Shown here: positions 14,381-14,510 of the stretch, piece by piece
How positions within the stretch are numbered: position 1 is the first letter of the stretch
How the letters are laid out: every line of letters begins with the position of its first letter
IMG/VR virus record: IMGVR_UViG_3300039208_000295
From: a virus
Taxonomy: Duplodnaviria; Heunggongvirae; Uroviricota; Caudoviricetes
Length of the DNA stretch: 14,510 bases
Direction: 5' to 3' (one strand)
Program-made: the position numbers and the translations under genes
Notes under the pieces: generated by a model
Told to the model about the DNA's origin: nothing
Seen by the model: the letters and a program-made list of their open reading frames with translations, nothing else
Database searches by the model: none

Positions 14381-14510
14381 TTAAGCCTCGTACTTACAAA
14401 CGATTGCCCTAGGGGCGATTCCATCGATTATTTCGGCAACCCTACTCCAGTCACCACCACCAAGACCACAGCCAATACCATAGGGAATATAAAGGGGTAA
14501 CTCTAGAATG
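14381..14510 (-). CDS. Macrodomain (ADP-ribose binding/hydrolase, TARG1/DarG/Poa1-like) protein, C-terminal 42 codons; 5' end outside window
   Basis: Manual translation ILELPLYIPYGIGCGLGGGDWSRVAEIIDGIAPRAIVCKYEA* contains the macrodomain P.GIGCGLGGG.W phosphate-binding loop. Not in the ORF track. Confidence 0.85.
   Translation of the reverse strand, partial: ILELPLYIPYGIGCGLGGGDWSRVAEIIDGIAPRAIVCKYEA

Noticed and set aside
3707-14424. Longest-ORF starts given by the track for six genes other than gmd (3715, 4287, 6884, 8509, 8663, 14135) and for the acidic orphan (14424)
   Set aside because: Downstream ATGs give better SD spacing, canonical stop/start coupling or family-typical N-termini, so I used those.
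1-14510. Eukaryotic giant virus (NCLDV) origin, given gmd/fcl and several families shared with such viruses
   Set aside because: Shine-Dalgarno motifs, a TTG start and pervasive translational coupling on one strand indicate a prokaryotic translation system.
1-14510. Stop-codon reassignment or alternative genetic code
   Set aside because: All recognisable proteins are full length in the standard code, and TAA, TGA and TAG each end a gene at a sensible position.
1-14510. A definite DNA hypermodification locus
   Set aside because: No dNMP hydroxymethylase, TET/JBP, C5-methyltransferase or DNA polymerase is visible in the window, so DNA as acceptor is kept only as an alternative hypothesis.
1-14510. 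tRNA/ncRNA, CRISPR array, terminators, promoters, tandem repeats
   Set aside because: There is essentially no intergenic sequence, and I saw no repeat-spacer periodicity or convincing hairpin plus U-tract by eye.
1-14510. Restriction-site avoidance signal
   Set aside because: GATC, GGCC, CCGG, GAATTC, GGATCC and AAGCTT all occur. Any subtler depletion needs a computed observed/expected analysis that I cannot run.

Overview
The window is one uninterrupted minus-strand gene array: 24 CDS (22 complete, 2 truncated by the window edges), with only one non-coding base (14380) by my start calls. In transcription order (right to left): macrodomain protein (partial), small very acidic orphan, putative GT-A-like protein of the KKVISFSLWG family, CBS-less IMPDH/GMP-reductase-family enzyme, MazG-like pyrophosphatase, CgeB-type glycosyltransferase, GT2, second CgeB-type glycosyltransferase, MPYI-type phage protein, three SAM methyltransferases interleaved with two orphans, GT-A-like protein, HAD phosphatase, BcbE-like nucleotidyltransferase, sulfotransferase, KdsC-like protein lacking its nucleophile, minimal pyruvate-kinase-like barrel, beta-propeller, GDPD-like protein, GDP-fucose synthase (fcl) and GDP-mannose 4,6-dehydratase (gmd, TTG start, absent from the supplied ORF track). 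Shine-Dalgarno motifs and ATGA/TAATG coupling indicate prokaryotic translation. The small orphans, MazG-like, macrodomain and MPYI genes, and the absence of any evident membrane/export gene suggest (inference) a large bacteriophage carrying its own glycan synthesis and decoration system. No virion or replication gene is in the window to prove viral origin. All family assignments come from motif recognition by eye, not database searches. No RNA genes, CRISPR arrays or mobile elements were recognised.
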